NCBI GenBank assembly: GCA_034439735.1
Contig: JAWXAX010000166.1
Location: forward strand, 13,355 to 77,354
Reading direction: 5' to 3'
DNA: 64,000 nucleotides
From: Rhodothermales bacterium
GTDB lineage: Bacteria > Bacteroidota > Rhodothermia > Rhodothermales > JAHQVL01
The position numbers were made by a program, and so were the translations under genes. Positions 8,068 through 16,684 of this stretch are shown here, one piece after another. Positions within the stretch are counted from its first letter, which is position 1. Every line of letters starts with the position of its first letter. The notes below the pieces were generated by a model that was given only the letters and a program-made list of their open reading frames with translations, made no database searches and was not told the origin of the DNA.

Positions 8068-11000
8068 ATGATCCGACCCCACTCGTTTTTCCTCGCCCTC
8101 CTGACGGTTGTGGCACTCCCTCTCGGCGCCCGCGCCCAGAGCCTCGACGTCACCTTCCGCTACCTCGGCCAGCCGGCCGACGGGATCGTGCGCGCCTTCC
8201 TGCCCGGCGAGTTCAACAACTGGGGACCGAATGCAGGGGGGATTATCGCAGCTAACGCCCCTTCGGGCATGACCTACGTCGATTCGCTCCAGCAGTGGAT
8301 CTACACGATATCGCTCCAGGCCGGCCAGACCTACCAGTACAAAGTACACGCCCATTTCAACGACGCCGGCACCAGCAACGCCTGGCTCACCGATCCCCTG
8401 AATCCACGCTCCAACCCGGCGGAGAATAATAACTCGGTGGTCACGATCAAGGACCCAATGGTCTTCCAACTCGCGACCGAAGAGGACGCCGACGGCCTCG
8501 TCGCGGCCGTATCGGCCGGCGCGTTCGGATCGCAGGCGCTGACCGACATCCGCTTTTGGGTGAACGGTGTAGAACGGGAGGGAGGTGGATTCTACAACGC
8601 GGAGACAGGGGTTTTCAGGTTCGAACTGCCGGCCAGAGTCAAGGCCGGATCTCAGTTCAAGATCCGCGTGCAAGATGCCATGGGCCGGCTGGATTCCCTG
8701 GAGATCGGCGCTCTGCAGCGGCCCATCACCTGGGCGACGCCGGCCTTCCGCACCGTGCGCGAAACCGTGCAGGTCCGCGCCCAGCTCTCCGGGCAGGACG
8801 GGAGCATCGACTCCTCACTCTCCGAGGCGACGCTGTTCGTCAACGGCGCGCCCCAGCCCGTGACGGTGTTCGCAGGCACGGCCACGCCGGAGGTCGACCT
8901 CCAAATGGGCGAGAACCTCCTCGTGCTCGAAGCGACAATCCAGGGAGACCTCTTCGCCTCGGACACCCTCCGCCTCACGCGACGCATCCACCCGCTGGAC
9001 CTCGTGTATGTCGAACCCGATGTCCAGGGCGCCGGCGGGTCCTTCCAGGTCACGCTTATGCCGACCGACATCGCGCCCGGCGATCTCACTGTCGAATGGG
9101 CGCTCGACACCCTCGCTACAACCGCCGAATTGATGGGACTCACCTTCGCCGGCCTCTCGGCTTCCGGCGCCGCCGGCCCGGGGGAAATCTACCTTGAAGC
9201 CCTGGCCAGCGGTGGGGCAGAGGAGGCGGTAGTCCGTCGGATTGCTGTTATTGTTGAAGACGATGGGGCGGTCCGGGAGATGGCCTACGAAGAGACGCCG
9301 GCGTGGGTCGACCGCGCCGTCGTTTACGAGATCTTCCCGCTCAGCTTCGGGCCGCAGGCGACGGGCACGCCGGCGAATCCGGGCCGGCGGTTCGAGGAGA
9401 TCACGGCGGAGCTGGACTACATCGCCGACATGGGCTTCACGGTGTTGTGGTTCATGCCGATCATGCACAACCAGTTCATGGACCCGATTTCGGGGGGGTA
9501 CAACATCATCGATTTTTACAACGTCGATCCGAAACTCGGCACCAACGACGACATCAAGGCGCTGGTCGTCCGCGCCCATGAGCTGGGTCTGAAAGTCATC
9601 CTGGACATCACCCCCAACCACGCCTCGCCGATCCATCCCTGGGTGGATGCGCTCAAAACCGCCGGCAGCGCCACGCCCCCGGGCTCCTACATCCAGGTCG
9701 AACCCAGCAACCACGACCGCGGCCTGGACGGACGAGGACCCAACCTGCCGGAGGTCTGGCAGGCGTCCGCCGGCGCCGACCTGTACCGTAAGTACGACGG
9801 CTTCGGCGACCTCGCCAACCTGAACTGGGACGACGACGACCTCCAGGCGGAGTTTCTCGACATCCTCGCGCACTGGGTGGAGGAGTTCGACATCGACGGC
9901 TGGCGGTTTGACGTCTACTGGGGGCCGTGGCGGCGGTATGGGCCGGAACGGTTCGGTGGGCCGATCCGCACCCACATGAAGCGCATCAAGCCCGACTCAT
10001 GGATTCTCGGGGAGATCGAAGGCACGGGCTTCTCGACGGAGGTGTATTATGCCGACGACGACAACGGGACGCCGGTGGTGGGGGGGATGGACGCCGGCTA
10101 CGACTGGTCGTTTTACTTCAATGGCATCCGCGGGACGTACCCTAACGTGGCCAATTACGACAATCAGGCTAGAAACGGTGGCTTCTGGCCGGGGCCCAAC
10201 GCGCGGTACTTCCGTTTCCTTGAAAACCACGACGAACAGCGCATCGCGAAATCTTCGGTCATCGCCGGCAACCCGCAGCGCATTCTCCCCCTCACGGGCT
10301 TCCTGCTCACTACGACGGGCGTCCCGATGATCTATCAGGGCCAGGAGGTGAACTTCGGCGACGTCGCTGGCGATGAACGCCGCGTCTCGGTGTCGTGGCA
10401 GACGGATCTAAACGGCGTATTCGCGCGCTTCCACCAGCAACTCGCCCATGCACGCGGGCAGTTTCCTGCGTTTGCGACGCAGGCATTGACCACGCTGAAC
10501 ACATCGAATGCCGTCTATGCTTTCGTCCGGCCCTATCTGGACGAAAACGCCGTCGTCGCCATCAACTTCTCAAGCGAGGCCCGCACCCTCACGCTCAACC
10601 CCACCGCGTCGGTCGAGCTGACGACGGATGGCCCGATCGTCTACCACGACCTCTTTGCCGGCACGTCGTTCGTCGACCCCGAGTTGGATGGATTCGTGAT
10701 GATGCTGGAGCCGTACGAGACGGTCGTCCTCATCGCCAACGCCGGCCAGGATATCGTCTTCGACCTTCCGGCGCTTCCCGCGCTGCCGTTTGATGCCGTC
10801 TACACCGGCGTCGAGGATCGAGATCGCCCGCTGGCCGGCGCCTTCCGGCTGGATCAGAACTTCCCGAACCCGACCAGCGGGGAGACCGCTATCCCCTACG
10901 TCCTCGGTGAATCCGGACACGTACGGCTCGAAGTCTACGATGTACTCGGCCGCCTCCGCGCGGTGCTGGTGGATGGCGTCCAGCCGGCCGGCGTGTATCA

Positions 11001-11100
11001 GGTGCGCTTCGGCGGGGGGGCACTGCCGAACGGTACGTATTTTTACCGACTCGAAGCCGGCGGAGAAGTCGCGACACGTACGTTATCCATCGCCCGCTGA
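8068..11100 (+). CDS. Secreted GH13 alpha-amylase-family glycoside hydrolase with N-terminal E-set/CBM48-like module and T9SS C-terminal domain
   Basis: Signal peptide 'LLTVVALPLGARAQ'. N-terminal 'FLPGEFNNWGPN...QTYQYKVHAHF'. GH13 regions I 'VILDITPNHAS', II 'DGWRFDVYW', III 'LGEIEG', IV 'FLENHDEQR'. CTD 'NFPNPTSGETAIPYVL...VRLEVYDVLGRLRAVLVD...GTYFYRLEA'. Confidence 0.92.
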   Translation: MIRPHSFFLALLTVVALPLGARAQSLDVTFRYLGQPADGIVRAFLPGEFNNWGPNAGGIIAANAPSGMTYVDSLQQWIYTISLQAGQTYQYKVHAHFNDAGTSNAWLTDPLNPRSNPAENNNSVVTIKDPMVFQLATEEDADGLVAAVSAGAFGSQALTDIRFWVNGVEREGGGFYNAETGVFRFELPARVKAGSQFKIRVQDAMGRLDSLEIGALQRPITWATPAFRTVRETVQVRAQLSGQDGSIDSSLSEATLFVNGAPQPVTVFAGTATPEVDLQMGENLLVLEATIQGDLFASDTLRLTRRIHPLDLVYVEPDVQGAGGSFQVTLMPTDIAPGDLTVEWALDTLATTAELMGLTFAGLSASGAAGPGEIYLEALASGGAEEAVVRRIAVIVEDDGAVREMAYEETPAWVDRAVVYEIFPLSFGPQATGTPANPGRRFEEITAELDYIADMGFTVLWFMPIMHNQFMDPISGGYNIIDFYNVDPKLGTNDDIKALVVRAHELGLKVILDITPNHASPIHPWVDALKTAGSATPPGSYIQVEPSNHDRGLDGRGPNLPEVWQASAGADLYRKYDGFGDLANLNWDDDDLQAEFLDILAHWVEEFDIDGWRFDVYWGPWRRYGPERFGGPIRTHMKRIKPDSWILGEIEGTGFSTEVYYADDDNGTPVVGGMDAGYDWSFYFNGIRGTYPNVANYDNQARNGGFWPGPNARYFRFLENHDEQRIAKSSVIAGNPQRILPLTGFLLTTTGVPMIYQGQEVNFGDVAGDERRVSVSWQTDLNGVFARFHQQLAHARGQFPAFATQALTTLNTSNAVYAFVRPYLDENAVVAINFSSEARTLTLNPTASVELTTDGPIVYHDLFAGTSFVDPELDGFVMMLEPYETVVLIANAGQDIVFDLPALPALPFDAVYTGVEDRDRPLAGAFRLDQNFPNPTSGETAIPYVLGESGHVRLEVYDVLGRLRAVLVDGVQPAGVYQVRFGGGALPNGTYFYRLEAGGEVATRTLSIAR

Positions 11101-11133
11101 GCCCGATACTGAAACCACAATCTACTTTGTAGT

Positions 11134-11931
11134 ATGAACACGGATCGTCGGTATACCGAGGAGGAAATCGCGGCCATTTTCCAGGAGGCCACCCGTGCGC
11201 AGGAGTCCGTAAAACAAAAAACGGCGCACCAGGAAGGGCTCACGCTGGAGGAGTTGCAGGCCATCGGCGCGGAATCGGGCATTACGCCGGAGTTCATCGC
11301 GCGGGCCGCGGCGTCGCTCGATCACGCCGGCGGATCGGTCATCCGGGAGACGTTTCTAGGGGTGCCCGTGAGCGTCGGTCACACCATAGAACTGCCCGGC
11401 CCGATGTCCGATCTCGAATGGGAGCGTCTGGTCGTGGATCTCCGCGAGACCTTCGAGGCGCAGGGCAAGATCCGACGCGACGGCGCGCTACGCGAATGGT
11501 CGAATGGCAACCTGCGGATTGCGGTGGAGCCCATGGACGCCGGCTGGCGGCTTCGGATGGGGACAAAAAAGAGTGATGTGAAGGTCGGACTCGTGATGGG
11601 AGGCATGGGTCTGATCCCGAGCATGGTGTTTTTTCTGGGATGGCTGACGGGTAGCATGCCAGCCATCAAGGATGTCGGCCTGTTGTCCGCCGTCAGCCTG
11701 CTACTGGTGATGAGCCTGATTCCGATTATCATGGGGTTCACCACAAACCCGCGTTGGGCGAAGACGCGGCGTCGTCAGATGGAGGAGGTGGCCGGCCGGG
11801 TGATCGAGCGCGCTGGTGGGGCACACGAGCAGAAAACGGACGCCCCGAATCCCGTCATTCGTCTGGAGGAGACCGAATCCACCGAGGCGGAACCCGAGCG
11901 GGCCTCCCGTTCGCGGGCAACCGAGCGCTGA
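11134..11931 (+). CDS. Hypothetical membrane protein
   Basis: 265-aa ORF with coding-like composition. Two hydrophobic helices ('VGLVMGGMGLIPSMVFFLGWL', 'LLSAVSLLLVMSLIPIIMGF'). No recognisable family motif. Confidence 0.6.
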   Translation: MNTDRRYTEEEIAAIFQEATRAQESVKQKTAHQEGLTLEELQAIGAESGITPEFIARAAASLDHAGGSVIRETFLGVPVSVGHTIELPGPMSDLEWERLVVDLRETFEAQGKIRRDGALREWSNGNLRIAVEPMDAGWRLRMGTKKSDVKVGLVMGGMGLIPSMVFFLGWLTGSMPAIKDVGLLSAVSLLLVMSLIPIIMGFTTNPRWAKTRRRQMEEVAGRVIERAGGAHEQKTDAPNPVIRLEETESTEAEPERASRSRATER

Positions 11932-12058
11932 GGCCTGGATAGGCAGGATCGCGTCATTTCAGGCGGGCCGGCGTTCCGCGCGCGGGCCCGTTGCTACGAG
12001 GGTTGAGTGCATTGTTTTAAGCACATCCATCCCTCGTCTTGCCCGGTTTCAAAAACCC

Positions 12059-14254
12059 ATGTCTTGCTCGTTCGCTCGCCAGGTGGGAGGGTATCTCCTC
12101 CTCGGTTTCATCTTCGTAACCTCCTCCAAGGCCCAACTGCTCGATACCGCCGAAGAGGCCGATCGCCTCGGTGATGCAGCCGTGGCCGGCGACTTCAATG
12201 GGGACGGTTTCGCGGACCTCGCGATCGGCGTGCCCGGCGAGGAAATTGACGGCCTCGTCGATGCCGGCGCCGTCCATGTCCTCTACGGGTCCGCATCGGG
12301 CCTCACCGAGACGGACATGCAGTTCTGGACGCAAAACGACCGGGGAACGCCCAATGCCGCCGGCGCCGGCGATGGCGTCGGGACAAGTCTCGTGGCCGGG
12401 GATTTTAACGGAGACGGATTCGACGACCTGGCCATCGGCGTGCCGGGGGAGACACTCAACGGAGCAAACGAAGCCGGCGGCGTGATGGTGCTGTTCGGCG
12501 GCGCTCGCGGTCTCGATACCAGCGGGAGCCAGCTGCTCAGCCAGGCCATGGCGGGCATGGCGGATCAGCCCGAAAATAACGACCGATTCGGGGCGGCTGT
12601 AAGCACCGGCGATTTTGACGGGGACGGCCTGGTCGACCTCGCGGTGGGAATCCCGGGGGAAAATGTCGGAACGGTCGTTGGCGCCGGCGCCGTGCAGATT
12701 TTCTTTGGCGACGCCGGCGGATTCACGGCGCAAAACGGATTGTTTTTGCATCAGGACCTAAGTGGCATGCCCGACACGGCCGAGGGAGGGGATGGATTTG
12801 GCGCAAGCCTCGCTACCGGCAATTTTAATGGCGATGCCTTCGGCGATCTGGCCATCGGCGTATCCGAAGAAGATCTTGGAAGTACCCTCGACGCGGGGGC
12901 CGTCCACGTATTAAACGGCAGCGCGCAAGGGCCGCAGGCCACTGGAAGCCTACTACTCCATCAGAACGAGACGGGTGTGGAAGGGGATGCCGCGGCCTTC
13001 GAACAGTTCGGTTGGGCGCTGGCCGCCGGCGACTTCAACAACGACGGCCGCGACGATCTGGCGATCGGCATCCCATTCGAAGCCGGCAGCGCCCTCGCCG
13101 CCGGAAGTATCCAGGTGGTCTATGGATCGGCCAGCGGCCTGAATATCGCTACGGATGAAATATGGAATCAGGATACACCCGAACTTAACGCCACGGCCGG
13201 CGCGGGCGACCTGTTCGGATACGCTCTGGCGACAGGCGATGTCGACGGCGATGGGTTCGTCGACCTCGCCGTCGGTACCCCGGGGAAAGCCAGCTTTTCG
13301 TTTGTGGAGGCCGGCGCCGTTTATATCCTTTCAGGCAGTGGAACGGGGCTGGCCGGCGCAGGATTCTGGCAACAGGGGGATGGGGGAACGGATGACGAAA
13401 CGGAAGGAGGTGATTTTACGGGAGCCGCGCTGGCCGCCGGCGATTTCAACAACGATGGCAGAGCCGACCTCGCCGTCGGATCTCCATTGGAGGATCGAGG
13501 CGACACCGAGGACAGCGGCCGCGTGCTCGTCCGGTTCGGCGCCGCGAGTGGGCTCGATGACGCCATTTCAAGCGCCTGGTCTCAGAACAGCCTCCCGCAA
13601 CAACCCGAATTGATCATCCCGGAAAGCGGCGCGACCGTCGTCATCGGCGGAGCGGATGCACCTGTTGATCCCGAAACCCCGTTCTCCATCGTCTGGTCCC
13701 TATCAGACGACGCCGACGGCCATACCGTCACCTACTACTGGCAGCTCTCGCTCACGCCGACGTTCAACATCCTACCCAAAAACGTAGCACTCGGAGTGGC
13801 TACACGCTACGAAACCACCATCGGGGAAATCGGTCGCATGCTCGGCGCCATCGGGATCCTGGCGGATAGCTCCTTTACGTTTTATCACCGCGTGATCGCG
13901 ACCGACGGCCGCGGCCAGCGCGTGGGCGAGGCGTCGGCCGTGACGTTTGTGCGCGGCCAGATCGTGGCGAACGAGGCCGGCGAGACGCCGCTCGTGTTCG
14001 CACTGGAGCAGAACTACCCGAATCCGTTTAACCACAGCACGACGATTACGTACGCCCTCCCGGCCGCCGGCACGGTCCGGTTGGACCTATACAACCAACT
14101 CGGCCAGCGGGTGCGCACCGCCGTTGACCAGGCGCAGGCGCCAGGGCGGTATACCGTTACAGTAGATCTGTCCGACCAGCCGAGCGGACTCTACCTCTAC
14201 CGCATCGACGTCGAGGGTCGGCAAGAAGTCCGGACGATGGTGCTCGTCAAATGA
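12059..14254 (+). CDS. Integrin-alpha-like FG-GAP repeat protein with T9SS C-terminal domain
   Basis: The ORF track starts at 11816 and overlaps the upstream gene. The ATG at 12059 gives the signal peptide 'MSCSFARQVGGYLLLGFIFVTSSKAQ'. About 7 repeats of 'GDFNGDGFxDLAIGVPGE...AGAVxVLxGS'. CTD 'NYPNPFNHSTTITYAL...VRLDLYNQLGQRV...GLYLYRIDV...MVLVK'. Confidence 0.88.
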   Translation: MSCSFARQVGGYLLLGFIFVTSSKAQLLDTAEEADRLGDAAVAGDFNGDGFADLAIGVPGEEIDGLVDAGAVHVLYGSASGLTETDMQFWTQNDRGTPNAAGAGDGVGTSLVAGDFNGDGFDDLAIGVPGETLNGANEAGGVMVLFGGARGLDTSGSQLLSQAMAGMADQPENNDRFGAAVSTGDFDGDGLVDLAVGIPGENVGTVVGAGAVQIFFGDAGGFTAQNGLFLHQDLSGMPDTAEGGDGFGASLATGNFNGDAFGDLAIGVSEEDLGSTLDAGAVHVLNGSAQGPQATGSLLLHQNETGVEGDAAAFEQFGWALAAGDFNNDGRDDLAIGIPFEAGSALAAGSIQVVYGSASGLNIATDEIWNQDTPELNATAGAGDLFGYALATGDVDGDGFVDLAVGTPGKASFSFVEAGAVYILSGSGTGLAGAGFWQQGDGGTDDETEGGDFTGAALAAGDFNNDGRADLAVGSPLEDRGDTEDSGRVLVRFGAASGLDDAISSAWSQNSLPQQPELIIPESGATVVIGGADAPVDPETPFSIVWSLSDDADGHTVTYYWQLSLTPTFNILPKNVALGVATRYETTIGEIGRMLGAIGILADSSFTFYHRVIATDGRGQRVGEASAVTFVRGQIVANEAGETPLVFALEQNYPNPFNHSTTITYALPAAGTVRLDLYNQLGQRVRTAVDQAQAPGRYTVTVDLSDQPSGLYLYRIDVEGRQEVRTMVLVK

Positions 14255-14270
14255 TACCGGCACGTGTGCT

Positions 14271-15308
14271 TTAACGGCCGTCCAAAATATCCTGTCGGAT
14301 GCGATACGCCTTCTGCTTGCAGGCATTGGAGCAGAAGTCTTTCTTGCGGCCTTCGAGTACATTCGCGCAAGTGGGTCCTTTGCAATACCTCACGGCGCCG
14401 CCTACACTGCGACGTGTGGCTTTGTCCCTCGTTACAAGCGCCGCCGCCCCGTCGCCAGATTGCGACGGCGATACGTCGAGCATTCCATAATCCGGCATCG
14501 CGGCTCCGTCGTGACCGTCTCCCTGGGCGTCCTTCCCATCCCCACCATCACCGCTCATCGGGAGCAACGGCATCGAACGCGAACCCAGGCTCAACCAGTT
14601 CGTCTTCATCTTGCTCGCGCGCTCCACCGGTACGCCGATCGACTTCAACAGGTAGGGCAACTCGATGCGTCCAGAGTTGCGGAGGAGATTGCGCGTACGG
14701 CGCGACATCGACTCTTTCCAGAGCATGTCCATGCGCTGGTGTTGGACGTGGGCTTTGAGCCGGCGGATGTTGCGCCGGTTATCCAGCGCCAGCTGCTTGC
14801 GGTCCAGCACTTCTCGCTTTTCCTCCACATGGGTCTGATGTTCATGCGCCACGGTGTCTCGCTCGGCGTTGGTGATCGGATCCACGCTCTGGATCAGGAA
14901 CGCAAATACGAACATACATGGGGCCGAGGTCGGCAAAATCCAGGCATAGTACAGCTGTAACCAGTCCGACGCGCCGTCTGATTGCGCCTGGGCCAGGATG
15001 CCGGCCGTGGCGTAGAACATGGCGAAGACGCCGGCCCACAACGATACCCTGAGCATGGGGCCCACCAGTCGTCCATCCTTCCAGTGTTTGTAAACCGCCC
15101 ACAACATCAGCTCCACCGATAGGATACCGACCAGGACAAAGACGAAAAAAACGATGTTATGGGCATGCGTAAATGCATTGATGCAGTTGTGCGCGCCCGA
15201 ATAAATCAGGAATAGCAAGTGGATCTTGTCGAGCGCGGGCATATCCCGCTTGAGAGAGGTGTCAATCATAGGAGCTTGGGGATCTGCTGGTTCTTCGGAG
15301 ATACACAT
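14271..15308 (-). CDS. Orphan membrane protein: about 4 TM helices, a basic coiled-coil segment and a C-terminal 4-Cys ribbon
   Basis: It is the only minus-strand gene in a long plus-strand block and looks visibly A/T-richer than its flanks. TM helices include 'IVFFVFVLVGILSVELMLWAV' and 'VSLWAGVFAMFYATAGILA'. The tail reads 'RYCKGPTCANVLEGRKKDFCSNACKQKAYRIRQ'. The start is uncertain; an alternative Met lies 13 codons in. Confidence 0.6.
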   Translation of the reverse strand: MCISEEPADPQAPMIDTSLKRDMPALDKIHLLFLIYSGAHNCINAFTHAHNIVFFVFVLVGILSVELMLWAVYKHWKDGRLVGPMLRVSLWAGVFAMFYATAGILAQAQSDGASDWLQLYYAWILPTSAPCMFVFAFLIQSVDPITNAERDTVAHEHQTHVEEKREVLDRKQLALDNRRNIRRLKAHVQHQRMDMLWKESMSRRTRNLLRNSGRIELPYLLKSIGVPVERASKMKTNWLSLGSRSMPLLPMSGDGGDGKDAQGDGHDGAAMPDYGMLDVSPSQSGDGAAALVTRDKATRRSVGGAVRYCKGPTCANVLEGRKKDFCSNACKQKAYRIRQDILDGR

Positions 15309-15310
15309 AT

Positions 15311-15340
15311 AATGTACATATGTTTATGCGTACATGTCAA
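15311..15340 (-). promoter_or_regulatory. Candidate sigma70-type promoter for the orphan gene
   Basis: Minus strand reads TTGACA (15340-15335), an 18-nt spacer, then TACATT (15316-15311). It abuts the annotated ATG, which implies either a leaderless mRNA or use of the downstream Met. It overlaps the palindromes ATGTACAT and ACATATGT. Confidence 0.35.
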
Positions 15341-15395
15341 CCGACGCCTCGCGCCCTTCCAGCTTTGTCGCAATTCGTCTCAAAACCAGGTTGAT

Positions 15396-15460
15396 GTTAC
15401 CGTAACGCGTTACCGAACGACCTACGGCGTAACGGTAACGAACTCCGCTATCTCGTAACG
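15396..15460. promoter_or_regulatory. Array of GTAACG/GTTACC hexamers including a 12-bp perfect palindrome; candidate operator cluster
   Basis: GTTACC at 15396 and 15409. GTAACG at 15402, 15429, 15435 (tandem) and 15455. GTAACGCGTTAC (15402-15413) is a perfect palindrome. The array sits mid-way in the divergent 244-bp intergenic region. Confidence 0.4.
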
Positions 15461-15552
15461 GAAATGACGATACCCCCCCGGCCAGTCCGGTTTTTCCCGA
15501 CCCCTTGCTGTACATTGCACCGTTTCGATTCACTATCTCATTTTCCCTTACG

Positions 15553-16677
15553 ATGCCTCGACTTCCTGTGAAATGGCACGCGCTTCGGCTATCGATTCTC
15601 GTCCTGCTCGCTTTGATTGTCCGATCCGTTCCGCCCGCCGCCGGCCAGACGCAACGCGCGACGGAAAACGTCATCCTCATCTCGCTCGACGGCCTCCGCT
15701 GGCAGGAGGTGTTTTCGGGCGCCGACCCGGTTTTGATACGCACGGAGGCGTATGTCTCGGATACGACCGACCTCATCGCCGCTTTCTGGCATGCCGAACC
15801 TGAACAGCGCCGCCAGATACTGATGCCTTTTTTCTGGGAGCATGTCGCCGTCAACGGGCAACTCTTCGGCGACCGTCCGGCCGGCAGCCTGGTGAATGTG
15901 TCCAACACCATGTGGTTCTCCTACCCGGGATATAACGAAATCCTCACCGGCTTCGCCGACCCGCGCATAGACAGCAACGCAAAACGGCCCAATACAAACA
16001 CGACAGTGCTAGAAGCCGTCAACGCGATGCCCGGCTTCGGGGGGAAGGTAGCCGCGTTTGGCTCCTGGGATGTGTTCCCGTACATCATCAACGAGGCGCG
16101 CAGCGGGGTGCCTGTGAACGCCGGCTTCGAGAAAGCGGACGGCTACCGGCTTACCGACCGCGAGATCTTTCTGAACGAGCTCCAGGATCAGACCCCCAGC
16201 CCCTGGTCCACCGTCCGCCTGGACGCCTTCACCCACCACTACGCCCTCGAATACCTGAAACGGAATCGCCCCCGGCTGCTGTATGTCGCTTATGGCGAGA
16301 CGGACGACTTCGCGCATGATGGCGACTACGACGCCTATCTCCATTCCGCCCATCAAACCGACGCTTTTACCCGCGACCTGTACGAATGGACGCAGGCCGA
16401 CCCACGGTATCGCGATAAAACGACGTTTATCGTCACAACCGACCACGGCCGCGGCACGGTCCCCATCGACACCTGGCGCGGCCACGGCGATGACGTCGCC
16501 GGCGCCGATGAGATCTGGCTGGCGGTTTTTGGTCCGGACACGCCGGCCCGTGCCCCCGAATCCCTCCAGGGCCAGTGGTTTCAAAACCAGGTGGCGGCGA
16601 CGGTTGCGGCGTTCCTGGGCGTCGCGTATTCCAATACCCCCGCGCCCGGCGCTCCGGTGCGCGAGGCGATGAAATAA
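15553..16677 (+). CDS. Alkaline-phosphatase-superfamily protein (type I phosphodiesterase/nucleotide pyrophosphatase-like), secreted
   Basis: The ATG at 15553 gives the signal peptide 'MPRLPVKWHALRLSILVLLALIV...AAGQ' (the ORF-track TTG at 15505 is less likely). Metal-site-type motifs 'VILISLDGLRWQEVF', 'GETDDFAHDG', 'IVTTDHGRG'. Confidence 0.85.
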   Translation: MPRLPVKWHALRLSILVLLALIVRSVPPAAGQTQRATENVILISLDGLRWQEVFSGADPVLIRTEAYVSDTTDLIAAFWHAEPEQRRQILMPFFWEHVAVNGQLFGDRPAGSLVNVSNTMWFSYPGYNEILTGFADPRIDSNAKRPNTNTTVLEAVNAMPGFGGKVAAFGSWDVFPYIINEARSGVPVNAGFEKADGYRLTDREIFLNELQDQTPSPWSTVRLDAFTHHYALEYLKRNRPRLLYVAYGETDDFAHDGDYDAYLHSAHQTDAFTRDLYEWTQADPRYRDKTTFIVTTDHGRGTVPIDTWRGHGDDVAGADEIWLAVFGPDTPARAPESLQGQWFQNQVAATVAAFLGVAYSNTPAPGAPVREAMK

Positions 16678-16684
16678 GAAGGGT

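Noticed and set aside
11816-12058. Upstream extensions of ORF-track starts. Cases are 11816, 15505, 20379, 22574, 29511, 33216, 42815, 44601 and the 48778 end of the 47642 ORF
   Set aside because: The extensions overlap the preceding gene or intergenic hairpins and encode Arg/Pro-rich tails. In each case an internal ATG yields a proper signal peptide, TM helix or conserved family N-terminus.
12059-14254. Highly periodic DNA (the FG-GAP repeats here and at 6031-7758) as a possible CRISPR or tandem-repeat array
   Set aside because: The periodicity is at the protein level, from beta-propeller blades of about 60 aa. The nucleotide sequences are diverged, and there is no repeat-spacer structure or leader.
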